DNA of 63,645 nucleotides, the filler included, from Hyphochytrium catenoides (taxonomy: Eukaryota; Protista; Hyphochytriomycota): assembly GCA_900088475.1 (NCBI GenBank). It is 8 parts of 8 records of this genome, joined end to end, with 100 filler letters (N's around TTAATTAATTAA, not from the genome) between each part and the next. Parts side by side here need not be neighbours in the genome. Positions count along the whole stretch, not along the records: positions 13,850 to 15,606 come from FLMG01003074.1; positions 15,707 to 41,442 come from FLMG01002142.1; 6 more parts are not named here. The stretch is one strand, 5' to 3'. Positions 14,273 through 25,195 of this stretch are shown here, in pieces. A model generated the notes under the pieces. It searched no databases and was not told the origin of the DNA. It saw nothing but the letters and a program-made list of their open reading frames with translations. The translations under genes and the position numbers were made by a program. Position 1 is the stretch's first letter; each line of letters opens with the position of its first letter.

Positions 14273-14707
14273 ATGCGCAGGAGGCCCATTCCAGAAGATA
14301 ATTGTGAGCAGTTATCTACGTTCATGAGATCATTTCTGGAGCTACCTGGGCTTGAACTGAGGCCTGTAGACCGACTTCGGTCGAATCCAATGGTCTTGCT
14401 GGATGACTTAGTGGCTTTTGTTGATACAAAAGCGAGGGCAGCCAGAAGAGTTGACCCTAAGCTGCTCATCACGGACCTATCAACCTTGAGGTCACTACTG
14501 ACAAGGGTGGATATGATGGTCGTGCGAGCCGAAAGACGAGAGCACACCCTAGATCGTCTCATAGATGAAACTTTCAAGCTTGAACAACGCCTTCGGGACT
14601 TTACTATGAAGCTGTTTGATATGCGGTTGGGAAGAAGGCGTGACATGGTATGGGGTTGGATCCTTGGAGCTATGCAAATTATGAATGCTCTTATGGGGAT
14701 CCTCTAA
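14273..14707 (+). CDS. Hypothetical helical protein with hydrophobic C-terminus, downstream of the recombinase
   Basis: 144-aa intronless ATG ORF with normal composition. No motif recognised. Confidence 0.45.
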   Translation: MRRRPIPEDNCEQLSTFMRSFLELPGLELRPVDRLRSNPMVLLDDLVAFVDTKARAARRVDPKLLITDLSTLRSLLTRVDMMVVRAERREHTLDRLIDETFKLEQRLRDFTMKLFDMRLGRRRDMVWGWILGAMQIMNALMGIL

Positions 14708-14909
14708 CATGAATGTTTTTTCAACTTTCATTCATTAGTATTTGGCGCAAACACAAGAGACACATGAACAACACCTCAATTGTGATGCCCGCGCTACACC
14801 AGAATCCGTGCCACCAGGTCTCCGCAGAACTGATCTACATGGTAGGTGAGGTGTTAAACTGGGACACCAGAAAAGCTCATGATTCTTCGTGCTATGCTCT
14901 GGCGTAATA

Positions 14910-15606
14910 ATGGCAGAAGGCAACACTAACGGGATGGCGCTGCCAAACTTGGAGGCTTCAGCTTTGCCAGCAGATGATGGTAACCAAACACTACCAGAAA
15001 AACACTTCCGTTATACTGCTAAACTGGCTTTTTATTTGCTTTGAAGGGCGCAACTCAGGTCCAACAAGAGCAGAGGAGGATCCAGACCAACCTGGTATGT
15101 CCACTGAGTTAGTGCCACGCATGATGAGGTCTAAAAGAAAAAGATCTTCCTCGACTTGCAACGGTTTAGGAAATGCTACTCAGCTGGACAACAACGATGT
15201 TGTGGAGTCTAGGAGGACCATCGTTATTCCTTCCGTGTCAAGTCTGAGTGGTAAAGTGCCGGGTCCTCATCACTCTGATATGTATATATCGCTAAGCCTT
15301 CTTTTCCTACAGAGGCAACCCGCGGCAAGGAGCCTCTGGGAAGTTGTGTGCCACCAGAACAATATTCTACTGAGCCAGTCCAGCGTAAGTGCTCATTAGA
15401 GTTGGAGCCTGACTGTCAGTGTTCAGAGCATGATTGATAACTCTCTTCTTATAGTTGTAGTACCAACCAGATGGGAGGAAGTGCAGCCGATAGACGAAGC
15501 TCTTAAGGGAAGCAGCGAATGCGTGCGGGTCTATCTGAGCCAGTATTCCGAAGGTGTGAGGCTAAAGAGTGGTAACATCGCACCGCCAATGAAGGACTGG
15601 GACGAC
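14910..15606 (+). CDS. Spliced hypothetical protein (exons 14910-14979, 15047-15250, 15313-15384, 15461->15606), possibly GCR1_C-like DNA-binding
   Basis: Three short phase-1 GT-AG introns restore one open frame. It has an NLS-like RSKRKR and ends at the gap with CVRVYLSQYSEGVRLKSGNIAPPMKDWDD. Confidence 0.55.
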
Positions 15607-17780
15607 NNNNNNNNNNNNNNNNNNNNNNNNNNNNNNNNNNNNNNNNNNNNTTAATTAATTAANNNNNNNNNNNNNNNNNNNNNNNNNNNNNNNNNNNNNN
15701 NNNNNNCGCTACCCTGCTGCTGCTGCTGCGCCCGCTACATTCTCTACTGCGAAGTCAACGAGGCAGAATTTTATGGGATGATGGTAATCTGTTATATGTG
15801 TCTTACCTCCTAGTAGTTCTCCACCCTTACTTCTGACGACTTGAGCATAGTATAGGACCGACTACCAGGCGAATGGGACACAGCCCTCACGATTGAGGAC
15901 AGCCTTCTTACGGTCTAGCGCNNNNNNNNNNNNNNNNNNNNNNNNNNNNNNNNNNNNNNAGCCAAGGTAACGACAAGCTAACGACTTCGCTGTCTCCTCT
16001 CTATTAAGAGCCCGTCACGACTCTTATATTACATAATCCTTTAGCTATCTTTAACTAGAAAGGTGGCGGCATATCGGCAGAATTTTATGGGACGATGGTA
16101 ATCCCTTAGCTATCTTTAGCTAAGAAGGTGGCGGCATATCATCGCAGATCATTGCCCTATGACCTAGAATCATCAGACCTACTTGGCGATGAGTTATTGA
16201 GTCAGCAAATGGTGATGACTCCTTGCTGCTACTGCGCCTTACTAGCTCTACTATCTGTCGATGATGACTCCTTGCTACGGCACCTGAAGTAGCTCTATCT
16301 GTCACTTCGTCATCATCAAGAACCCAGCAAGTGGTCTGCTGCTCGCTTGCGTTTTCCTGGTGTTGTGTACACCGAGAGATGATGATGGGGCCACTGATGA
16401 TAGTCAGTCGCTCCTGTCCTACGAGTGCTAGTAGAACATCGGAGATAGTAGGAAGAATCAACTGCAACGAAGGAGACGACGTCGTAGTAGGAGAGCCTTG
16501 CAGAAGACGCTGTCGTGATGCGAAGGTGGTATGACATCGATAGAACAAGTGCGAGACCCAAGCAAGGAAGTGTACGGCCAACAATGGTGATGAATAAATG
16601 ACGCCAGTGCGCCAGTAAGAATGTAATGACGATCGATGAGCCAAGATGAAGGTGATCGGAGGCAGCAGCAGCAGCAGCAGCAGCAGGGATTGAGCTGCCA
16701 TGTGGATGTAGTAGGGCAATTGGCGGGCGCAGAAGACCGAGGAGGAGAGCGAGGAGGATGGAAGGAAGAAAGAATAAAACCCTTCAAACCGCATCTTTCT
16801 GCATTTTATTACTATGACTACTCTCATTCGTCTACTTCTGTTACCCATTGTATAGTTAGTAGCTCCGACCCCCGTCTCACTAACAAACACTCGCACACCG
16901 CTGAAGCAGTACTATTATTACCAAACATGATGGTGCCCCCCCCCCCGGCCCCCCTTCCACTATATTCAGGAAGATCTGATCCTCATCGGAAGAGATCATA
17001 GAAGAAAGAGGAGCGCCCCTGTACAATCTATTGCTGCCGCGGTTTGTCTAGTTGTCAGAGCGTTTGTTGGACGGCAAGAGATGGACAGGAGGAAGGAGGA
17101 AGCCAGCCAGGCCAGAGGTAGGATAGTAACCACGGCGAAAGGAATGATGTCAAGAAGAGGGAGGATGAGTGTCATAGGTCAGACGCGACAGCAACCAGGG
17201 AGTGACGACAGGGATGAGTATCATCCTCCTCCTCCAGTCAGTCCCTTCTGATGGCAACCACCCTGGTATCTATGTCCTACCAGAGTATCCTGCTTGGGGC
17301 TGCGGGAGGAAGAAAGAATAACCAAAGATAGAAGAGAAGATCCTCGTCTGTTATCATGGTGGTGTTCAGGAAGGGCAATCTTCTTCCTTTCGCCATCCAT
17401 CATAATAACCGTGCACATCAACGGCGAGTATGATGATGGTGGCGCCAGGAATTCATCAGATTCTGGTGGTCAGATCTTGGCGAGCAGACGAGGGAAGAAG
17501 GAGAAAGATCAGTGCTTTCCATGTTCCTTCGTCTTTGACCACTGAGTTGGAGGAGAGGAGGAGGAGGATAGACGAAGAGGTTCATGATCTCACGCAGCTA
17601 GGAAGGCGACCCAGTCTTCTCCTCCAGTGCCAAGTTTGCCAGCAACTACAAAGCTCTGAGAGTCTCATCATCCTCACCATCATCCACCCCCCACATAGCC
17701 GACATCAACGAGGACGCAGCAGCTAGTGCTCTTGAATGCCGCTAAGAGGGCCATCCGAGCGCTGAAGTCCCACTCTCAAG

Positions 17781-19167
17781 ATGAAGCTGCTTGTTCCCGG
17801 TAGTCTTCCCAAACTCACTCTTCTGCTGGCAGCCACTGTCGTCGCGCTCCACTCAGCTAGTGGACGATCCACTAACCAGCAGGGCCTCAAGCTAATCAAG
17901 GAGTTTGAAGGCTTCTATCCGAACTACTATATTGACCCCGTGGGCATTAAGACGATCGGATATGGTCATGCCTGCCATGCCAATAGCTGTGGACCTGAGA
18001 TCAAACCACCACTGACAGAAGCTCAGGCGACAGAGCTCCTTATCACCGATCTTCAGCGTTCGTATGAGCCCTGTGTGGAGAAAGCTGTCACTGTTCCCCT
18101 GAACGACAACCAGTTCTCGGCCTTGGTGTCCTTTGTCTTCAATCTGGGCTGTGGGGCTTTCAAAAGCTCAACTCTCCTGAGGCGACTCAATGCGAAAGGT
18201 AACAACAGCCTAGAGACCGCTTTTGCTACGGCTCTACTGCTCTTCTTTTGCTCCTCTTCTCTAATTCTTGTTGTTCAGCAGCGATCGATGATGAAGAAGG
18301 AAAGTTTCTATAGTCACTCTTGCCGCTCCTGGTTACCTTGACCACTAACTACTACTCCGGTCTTCTTTCCGCTAGAGAATCCCAACAAGGTAGCTGAGGA
18401 AGAGTTGCCAAAGTGGAACAAGGGCGGAGGAAAGGTCCTTCCGGGGTTGACCCGGCGTCGAAAGGCTGAAGTTGCACTCTTCACCACTCCGGTCGTGGTG
18501 AGAAGTAGGGGGCTGCTTCGTGCTCTCACAGCAGACAGGAGTGACCAACAGCAGCATGCCTTCGAAGCAGAAGGAACAAACCAAGGAGCTGGTAAGCCGA
18601 TGAATCATCCATCATGATGAGAGGAGTCAACAAGAGAGTTGACCATCGTCGTTAGGTGCGCGTTGTCGTTAACGATCCCCTTCTTTGCCCCCCTCCGTGA
18701 CTGCTGAACCAGTTGTAGGACCCCAAGATGAGGCGCAGCAGCTGGTTGATTCCCTGCCCAAGACCGAGTATGAAGCTTACGAGAACGGAGCCATGATAGG
18801 AAAGCTTCAAACCGTGAAGCTGCAAGGGAAAGCTGTGGCAGTGAAGACCGCGGTGGCGTACTTGCGCATGACAAAAGCCTATGGAAGCACTATAAAGATC
18901 AACAGCGGCTTTCGTACAATGGCAGAGCAGGAGTACTTCTACCAGTGCTACCTAACCAAGGCCTGCAATAATGGCAATCTGGCAGCTAAGCCCGGGTTCT
19001 CCAACCACCAAAACGGTAAAGCCCTCGACCTCAACGTGAACGGAGTTCCTGGGGTGTACGACTGGCTAGCGCGCCATGCCCATGATCACGGCTTTGTGAG
19101 GACGGTCCCTTCAGAGAGATGGCACTGGGAGTATCGCCCAGGGGAGCCGCGCGCACCTTACACTTGA
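17781..19167 (+). CDS. Secreted GH24 (phage-type) lysozyme + M15 (VanY/M15B-C-like) zinc peptidase fusion, ~360 aa; exons 17781-18198, 18376-18591, 18719-19167
   Basis: Signal peptide MKLLVPGSLPKLTLLLAATVVALHSASG. GH24 triad E-x8-D-x5-T (FEGFYPNYYIDPVGIKTIGYGH), LNDNQFSALVSFVFNLG and KWNKGGGKVLPGLTRRRKAE. M15 motifs INSGFRT, SNHQNGKALD, ERWHWEY. Two phase-1 introns give 1083 nt in frame. Confidence 0.9.
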
Positions 19168-20891
19168 TCCTTGATCATTGAAAGGGCTTCTAAAGTTATA
19201 GATACGGCTCTCGAGCAGTCAAAGCTTGCCTAGGAAGATCTCATAGGTGGACTAATAACTCGCCAGCCCCTTGCTTATCGCGAACAATGACAACCGCAAG
19301 TCCTCCTTCTTCTGCTGAATGCCTAATCTTCCTTACTTCTTAGTACGCCACACCTTAGCAGCAAACGTCACAATATAAAGCGTCTCTACTCTGGCTCGCT
19401 CATGGACTTCGAAGGGAATATGAGAGGGAGCGGAGGAACCGCTGCTAGATGGGTGATGACAGAGCTTTGCTCTTCTGCAGCAAGGGATAGAGTGACTAGA
19501 ACCTACGATCGTTGAGAACAGAAGAGGAGGAAAGAAAAGTCTTGAGCGAACGGAAGCAAGTGTCCGGAGGCTTTCTTCTCTACTGGTCATTATATGTTAG
19601 CTGCTGCTGGAGAGTGGAAGAGGCGGTGAGGGGAGCTTGGTGGTGCTAGGGGACAGCAGCGCGATATCAACAGCAGCGCCGCCGCACTTCTTCCTTCGCA
19701 GCCACTCTCTCCCTCTGATGGCTGCTGCCTGCTTCTCGCGGATTGCTAACCCTAACGCTTTCCCTCTCAAGCTTTGAACCAAGATCCATAAGTACTGGCG
19801 CTGCTTTCCCTCCTCGGTCTGCTCCTGCCGCCACCTCGGGCGGGTTGGCCGGTCCACTCTCCAGCATTTCGTATGCAGCTAAGGCTCTTTACGGTAGGTC
19901 ACAGCTGTGTGCGCATGATGGTGTCTATCTTCCTAGGTAGTAGGCGCCGTGCGGGATCAAGCTCTTGCGTCCCCAACCCCTGCAGAGGTAGTGCTCGCTC
20001 CTCATTTGCTGATGAAGCGGCTCTCGAACTATGATCGCTGAGCTCTTTGTCTACCTAGGAATGATGTTTCGCCTTGATGTTGTTATTGGTTTGTTGCTCC
20101 TCTTCAAAGTCCTCTCTTCACTCCTGTCTTGTTGCCTCTCTCTCTTCCTCTCTTCTTTTCTCTCTCTCTCTCTCCATCTTTTCCTGTGCAACGAGCTCTA
20201 CCTCCAAGGATAGCCGAGTCCTCGCCGACCTACCCTACTGATCGCAATAGCTGAGAAACGTGGCGTTATCCATACGCTCTTGCAGTTTCTTCTCCCAATA
20301 GGAATATCTGCAACAGTCTCGCAGCGCAATCTGCTATGACCGCGTTTTTGTGGAACTATGAGATCTTCCCACCGTAGACACGAAATACCGCAGGCATACT
20401 CCCTCGCCTCTCTCTCCCTTCTCTTCTCTTCTCTTCTCTGTGTCCCTCTCTACTTTCTTCCTCCGTTTGTTCGCCTTCTAGACTATCGTTCTCTCCGTCA
20501 GCGGACTGGCTCTCTGCATCAAGAAAGCCAGTCGTCTCTGCAAGAGAATGGGAAACAAAAAAGCGATGAGGACACCCAAGCAAAAGTAAAGCCTGGAGAG
20601 CGGACACCAGTGAGAAAGAAAAGCAAGTGAAGGCCAGAGACAGAAGAGGACCGAAGAGGAGAGATCTCGTAGTTTAAGTAACCAACTGCAGAGTGCTGAT
20701 GGAGCAGAAGAAAGCGGAGAACAATCATTGACGAAGAGAAATATTGGCCATCATTCATCTAAGCCTGTCTCTTTCCCTCCTGTCGCTCTTTCTCTCTCTT
20801 CACATCCTGCATCTTCTGCTTTGTTCTGCTTGCTGCGGGTGCTCTCCTGTTGACGACGAAGTCAACAATCTCTCCTATCAAGAGTTCCGTC

Positions 20892-20983
<92 letters not shown>

Positions 20984-21279
20984 TTCCCTCCCGCTTTTCC
21001 CTCTCTCTCTCTCCTCCTGGCCCGACTGCCTGCCTGCTGCAGTGACCCATCGAGCGCCCCTTTTGGTCCCTAAGATCAGGGTCGATTTTGTCCATTCGAG
21101 GTGTCATGAAAATCACTTCTATTGATAACTAGAAAAAGGGAGAAACCATGGCTCTTAAATGGAATGAGGACAGAGACTAGGACTGTGTGATTACTGAAAG
21201 AGCTTGATCAATGGCAGGGGGCAGACATGACTTCCTAACTTTTTTGGGCATGCGAACCGGCTTGCTCCATTGTGCACGA

Positions 21280-21706
21280 TGTCCAAACTCAAGTTAGAGG
21301 CCAAACCCACAACCGGTTTCTGTTAGGTGTTTGTTAGGCTTACACATCAAGAAACAAACTCACTCTGTGCCGNNNNNNNNNNNNNNNNNNNNNNNNNNNN
21401 NNNNNNNNNNNNNNNNNNNNNNNNNNNNNNNNNNNNNNNNNNNNNNNNNNNNNNNNNNNNNNNNNNNNNNNNNNNNNNNNNNNNNNNNNNNNNNNNNNNN
21501 NNNNNNNNNNNNNNNNNNNNNNNNNNNNNNNNNNNNNNNNNNNNNNNNNNNNNNNNNNNNNNNNNNNNNNNNNNNNNNNNNNNNNNNNNNNNNNNNNNNN
21601 NNNNNNNNNNNNNNNTGTCCAAACTCAAGTTAGAGGCCAAACCCACAACCGGTTTCTGTTACGTGTTTGTTAAGCTTACACATCAAGAAACAAACTCACT
21701 CTGCCG
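21280..21706 (+). repeat. ~92-bp direct repeat on both sides of an N gap
   Basis: TGTCCAAACTCAAGTTAGAGGCC...CACTCTG at 21280-21372 and 21616-21706 with few differences. Confidence 0.85.
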
Positions 21707-21776
21707 ATTTGGAAAGAACCATTAGCGAGGTGGAGAACCTCTTTCCTCCTGCTTCTCGCCCTCTCTTTCTCTTTCT

Positions 21777-21816
<40 letters not shown>

Positions 21817-22595
21817 TCTCTCTCTCTTTTCCTATCTCTCTCGTCCTTTACCTCTCTCTGCCACTGATTCCCTTCTCTCATGTCTCTCTCCCACACAGTC
21901 GTTTATGGAAGACCAATTTTTGGGCTTTCATCCCCAAGTTCCGTTGCCATCACTGGCAAGCTCTCTCTTCTCTCTCTCTCTGGTTGTCTTTCTCTCTTTC
22001 TCTCTCTTCTTTGCTGCTCGGTGTCTCTGTCTCTCAGGAAGGCTTCTGCCAGTGCTGTAGACGCATATCTTTCCATCTCTCTTTGGATCTATCCCTCCGT
22101 TTTCCACTATCTTCTCCTCTCTTCCTCTCTCTCTCTCTCTCTCTCTCTCTTTTCTCTCGACAGTGTTGTTCCCTCTTTCCTTTGCTTTTGTTGTCTCTTC
22201 CTCTTTACTCTTTGCCGCATCAGCGTCACTGGCGTTCAAAGTGCTGAGCCAACGATCATCTGCAGCTTGGGAGAAGACCGAGGGGAGAGAAGGAAGAGAA
22301 AGACAGAGAGAGAGAGAATTATAGAAGAGAGAAAAAAGGCAGTTAATTAAGAGAAGAGTGCAATCTGCTGATAGACGATCTTCTTCGTTTAAAGAGAATT
22401 TCTCTCTCTTTCTGCATCCCCTCAATTCTCTTCCCTGTCTGCGTGACCTAGTGACGCCAAGTAGCCTCTCTCTCTCCATCATCTCTTTCTCTCTACCTGT
22501 GAAGCGACCGCGCTCTAACTAGAGAAGCGAGACTCAACAACAGAAGAAGAAAGAAAGAGATACAGACTTCTCTCCGAAGAAATAGCCAGAGAGAA

Positions 22596-22635
<40 letters not shown>

Positions 22636-22670
22636 AGAAAGAGACGCACAGAAGAGAGTCATAACAGCCG

Positions 22671-22953
22671 ATGGAATGCTTCAGGAGAATCCTGGGAAGA
22701 AGAGGACGGAGAGACAACAACGGGAAAGCTCTCAGCGTCTCCTCTCTCGAGGACGATCCACACTCTCCCATCCCAGTGGATGTGAGGAAGACGCGGCCTC
22801 AGAGACGATGGAGTCTCACAGGGAGAGAGAGCGATCCTGACATTCTCTCTCTCTCGGTGGAAGATGGATTGCCGCGGCAACAGAGAAACGTGACAGATCT
22901 AGCGCTAGGCGTCAGCATGCACAGAGTAGGCAGTGCCATACAGGTAGATCTTG

Positions 22954-22985
<32 letters not shown>

Positions 22986-22986
22986 T

Positions 22987-23027
<41 letters not shown>

Positions 23028-23182
23028 CTCTCTCTCCCTCTCTTTCTCTTTCCTTTGCTCTCCCTTTTTTCCTACAATTCCAAGTTCCACCTTCCTTCGA
23101 AGTGCTTCCGGTTGGCTTTTTCTGCAAGGCACAAGGTCGCTGTCGTTGCTTCCTCTCTCTTCATTTCTATACATCTGGGATG

Positions 23183-23215
<33 letters not shown>

Positions 23216-24160
23216 AACCCACCACGTTTGTCTAGGAGCTTAAAGATAAGGGGCCAAAAGCCACTCGTCTCCTACTCCGGCAGCAGGAGCTGGGAGACGA
23301 GGAAGCAGCGTTAGTCGCGCGGTCTCTCAGCCACAAGAAGAGTAGAGTGACTGTGATTGACCTGAGCGTTAACAGGATCGGAGACAAAGGCGCAACCGCT
23401 ATTGCAGGTCTCTCTCTCTCTCTTTTTCTCTCTTTCTTTCGTCCTCTTTCTACTTCTCTCTCCTCCGCTTGCACTCTGGACCTCTACCCTTCTCGCAGTT
23501 TTGTCTGGCGTCGCTCCTTGTCATCCTGTTGGTGATTCCTCTTGAGGCTCTGCGATGACTTCAATGCCGACGTAGCCATTCTCGTAGTTCCACCTTGTCG
23601 CTCTGTGATCTGCCTCTTCACAAGTCTCCCCTTTTTCATGCTTTCTCTTTCTCTCTCTTTCTCTCTCTTTCCTTACTCTTTCTCGTGCGCTGATATTTTC
23701 TCTTCAAATGTCTCTCAGAGAGCGTCAAGGGCAATCCCCATGTGACGACGTTAAATCTTTCAAAGAATGAGATCACCGCGACAGGAGCGTCCGCTCTCTC
23801 TGACTGTCTAAAGGGCAGTGTTTCTCTCCGCAAGCTGAGCCTCCATAGAAACAAGATCGCAGGGCCTGGAGCTGCCTCTCTTGCCGCCGCTTTGCGGTTC
23901 AACGGCTGGCTTATGGAGTTGGACATCTCCTACAATGATGTGGGAGTAGACGGCGCACGGGCTCTTGGCACAGCGCTCAAGCAGGTAGGAGTCTCTCTCT
24001 CTCTTTTCCATCTATGAGTTAGCTTTCTCTCGGCTGTCTCTTTTCTTTCTCATTTTTCTATCCTTCGGTAGCTTGCTTCTTGGGGCGCTGTATAACTTCG
24101 ATGGCCTCCTGTCTTTTAAAGAGAAGCGTCTTATCTTAGTTCTAGGTCCTTCTTTGGCCC

Positions 24161-24192
<32 letters not shown>

Positions 24193-24837
24193 TCCCTCTC
24201 TCTCCTTCTCTCTCTTCTTTCTCATCGTCTCCCATCCACTTCTCTTTCTTGCGCTTACTGCTGAACCTCTAGCAAGCGCCTTCGTCACTTCCCCAATGTC
24301 CGCCTAATAGTCTGTGAAGTACCTTTGCCCCCGCAGATGGTCCTCTCTCGCTTTCTTTCTCTTCCCTCATCTCTTTGTCTCTCTCTCTTGCTTTCCCTGA
24401 CCCATTCTCCTTTCCCGCCTTCTGTTATGCGATAGAACTCCTGCCTTCGCACTCTGAACCTGTCATGGAATAATATCACGGACGAAGGCGTCATCGCCGT
24501 CAGTAAAGCGCTAATGACGAACGCTGTTCTGGAGAACCTGAGCTTAGGCTGGAATAGAATCACGACCACAGGTAAGCACCCTTTCTCCTCCTCAAGCCCG
24601 CCCTTGTTTCTCTTCCTCTCTCTCTCTCCTCTCTCTCTGTCTACATACATATATCCCTCTGCTTGCATAGATAAGTGGCTACTCTTCCAGCACTTTCTTT
24701 CTCTTCAACGGTTCTCTTCCGTTGATCTAGCTGCGTTCTGTCATGCTCTTAAAGTCATCGTCGTGAGGTGGTCGGCTTCGAAACGTATCTTGCTCTTAGG
24801 ATGATTCCCACCCTCGTCATCCACATGCCTCTCTCTC

Positions 24838-24881
<44 letters not shown>

Positions 24882-25109
24882 GTCTCTCCTCTCTTGTCTA
24901 TCAGGTGTGAAGAAGCTTGCGGAGGTCCTGAAGACGTACAACTGCTCTGTCTCCTCTGTCTTCCTCCAGCACAATGCTATCACGCCAGAAGGGGCCATTG
25001 CCCTGGCAGACGCGCTGAAAGTGAATACATCGCTCACCTTTCTCAACCTGGAGCACAATTTGATAGGAAATGACGGGGCAACAGCGCTAGGTAAAGTGCC
25101 GTTTTTCAC

Positions 25110-25142
<33 letters not shown>

Positions 25143-25151
25143 CTCTCTTTC

Positions 25152-25195
<44 letters not shown>

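Noticed and set aside
13850-19167. Recombinase and lysin as one prophage-like island
   Set aside because: They are separated by an artificial contig linker at 15607-15706, and both have spliceosomal introns; linkage is unsupported.
19746-19756. CTAACCCTAAC telomere/telomerase-template-like motif (and TTAGGG inside the tRNA-like gene)
   Set aside because: Under two repeat units and expected by chance; the TTAGGG in the tRNA matches a Pro anticodon loop.
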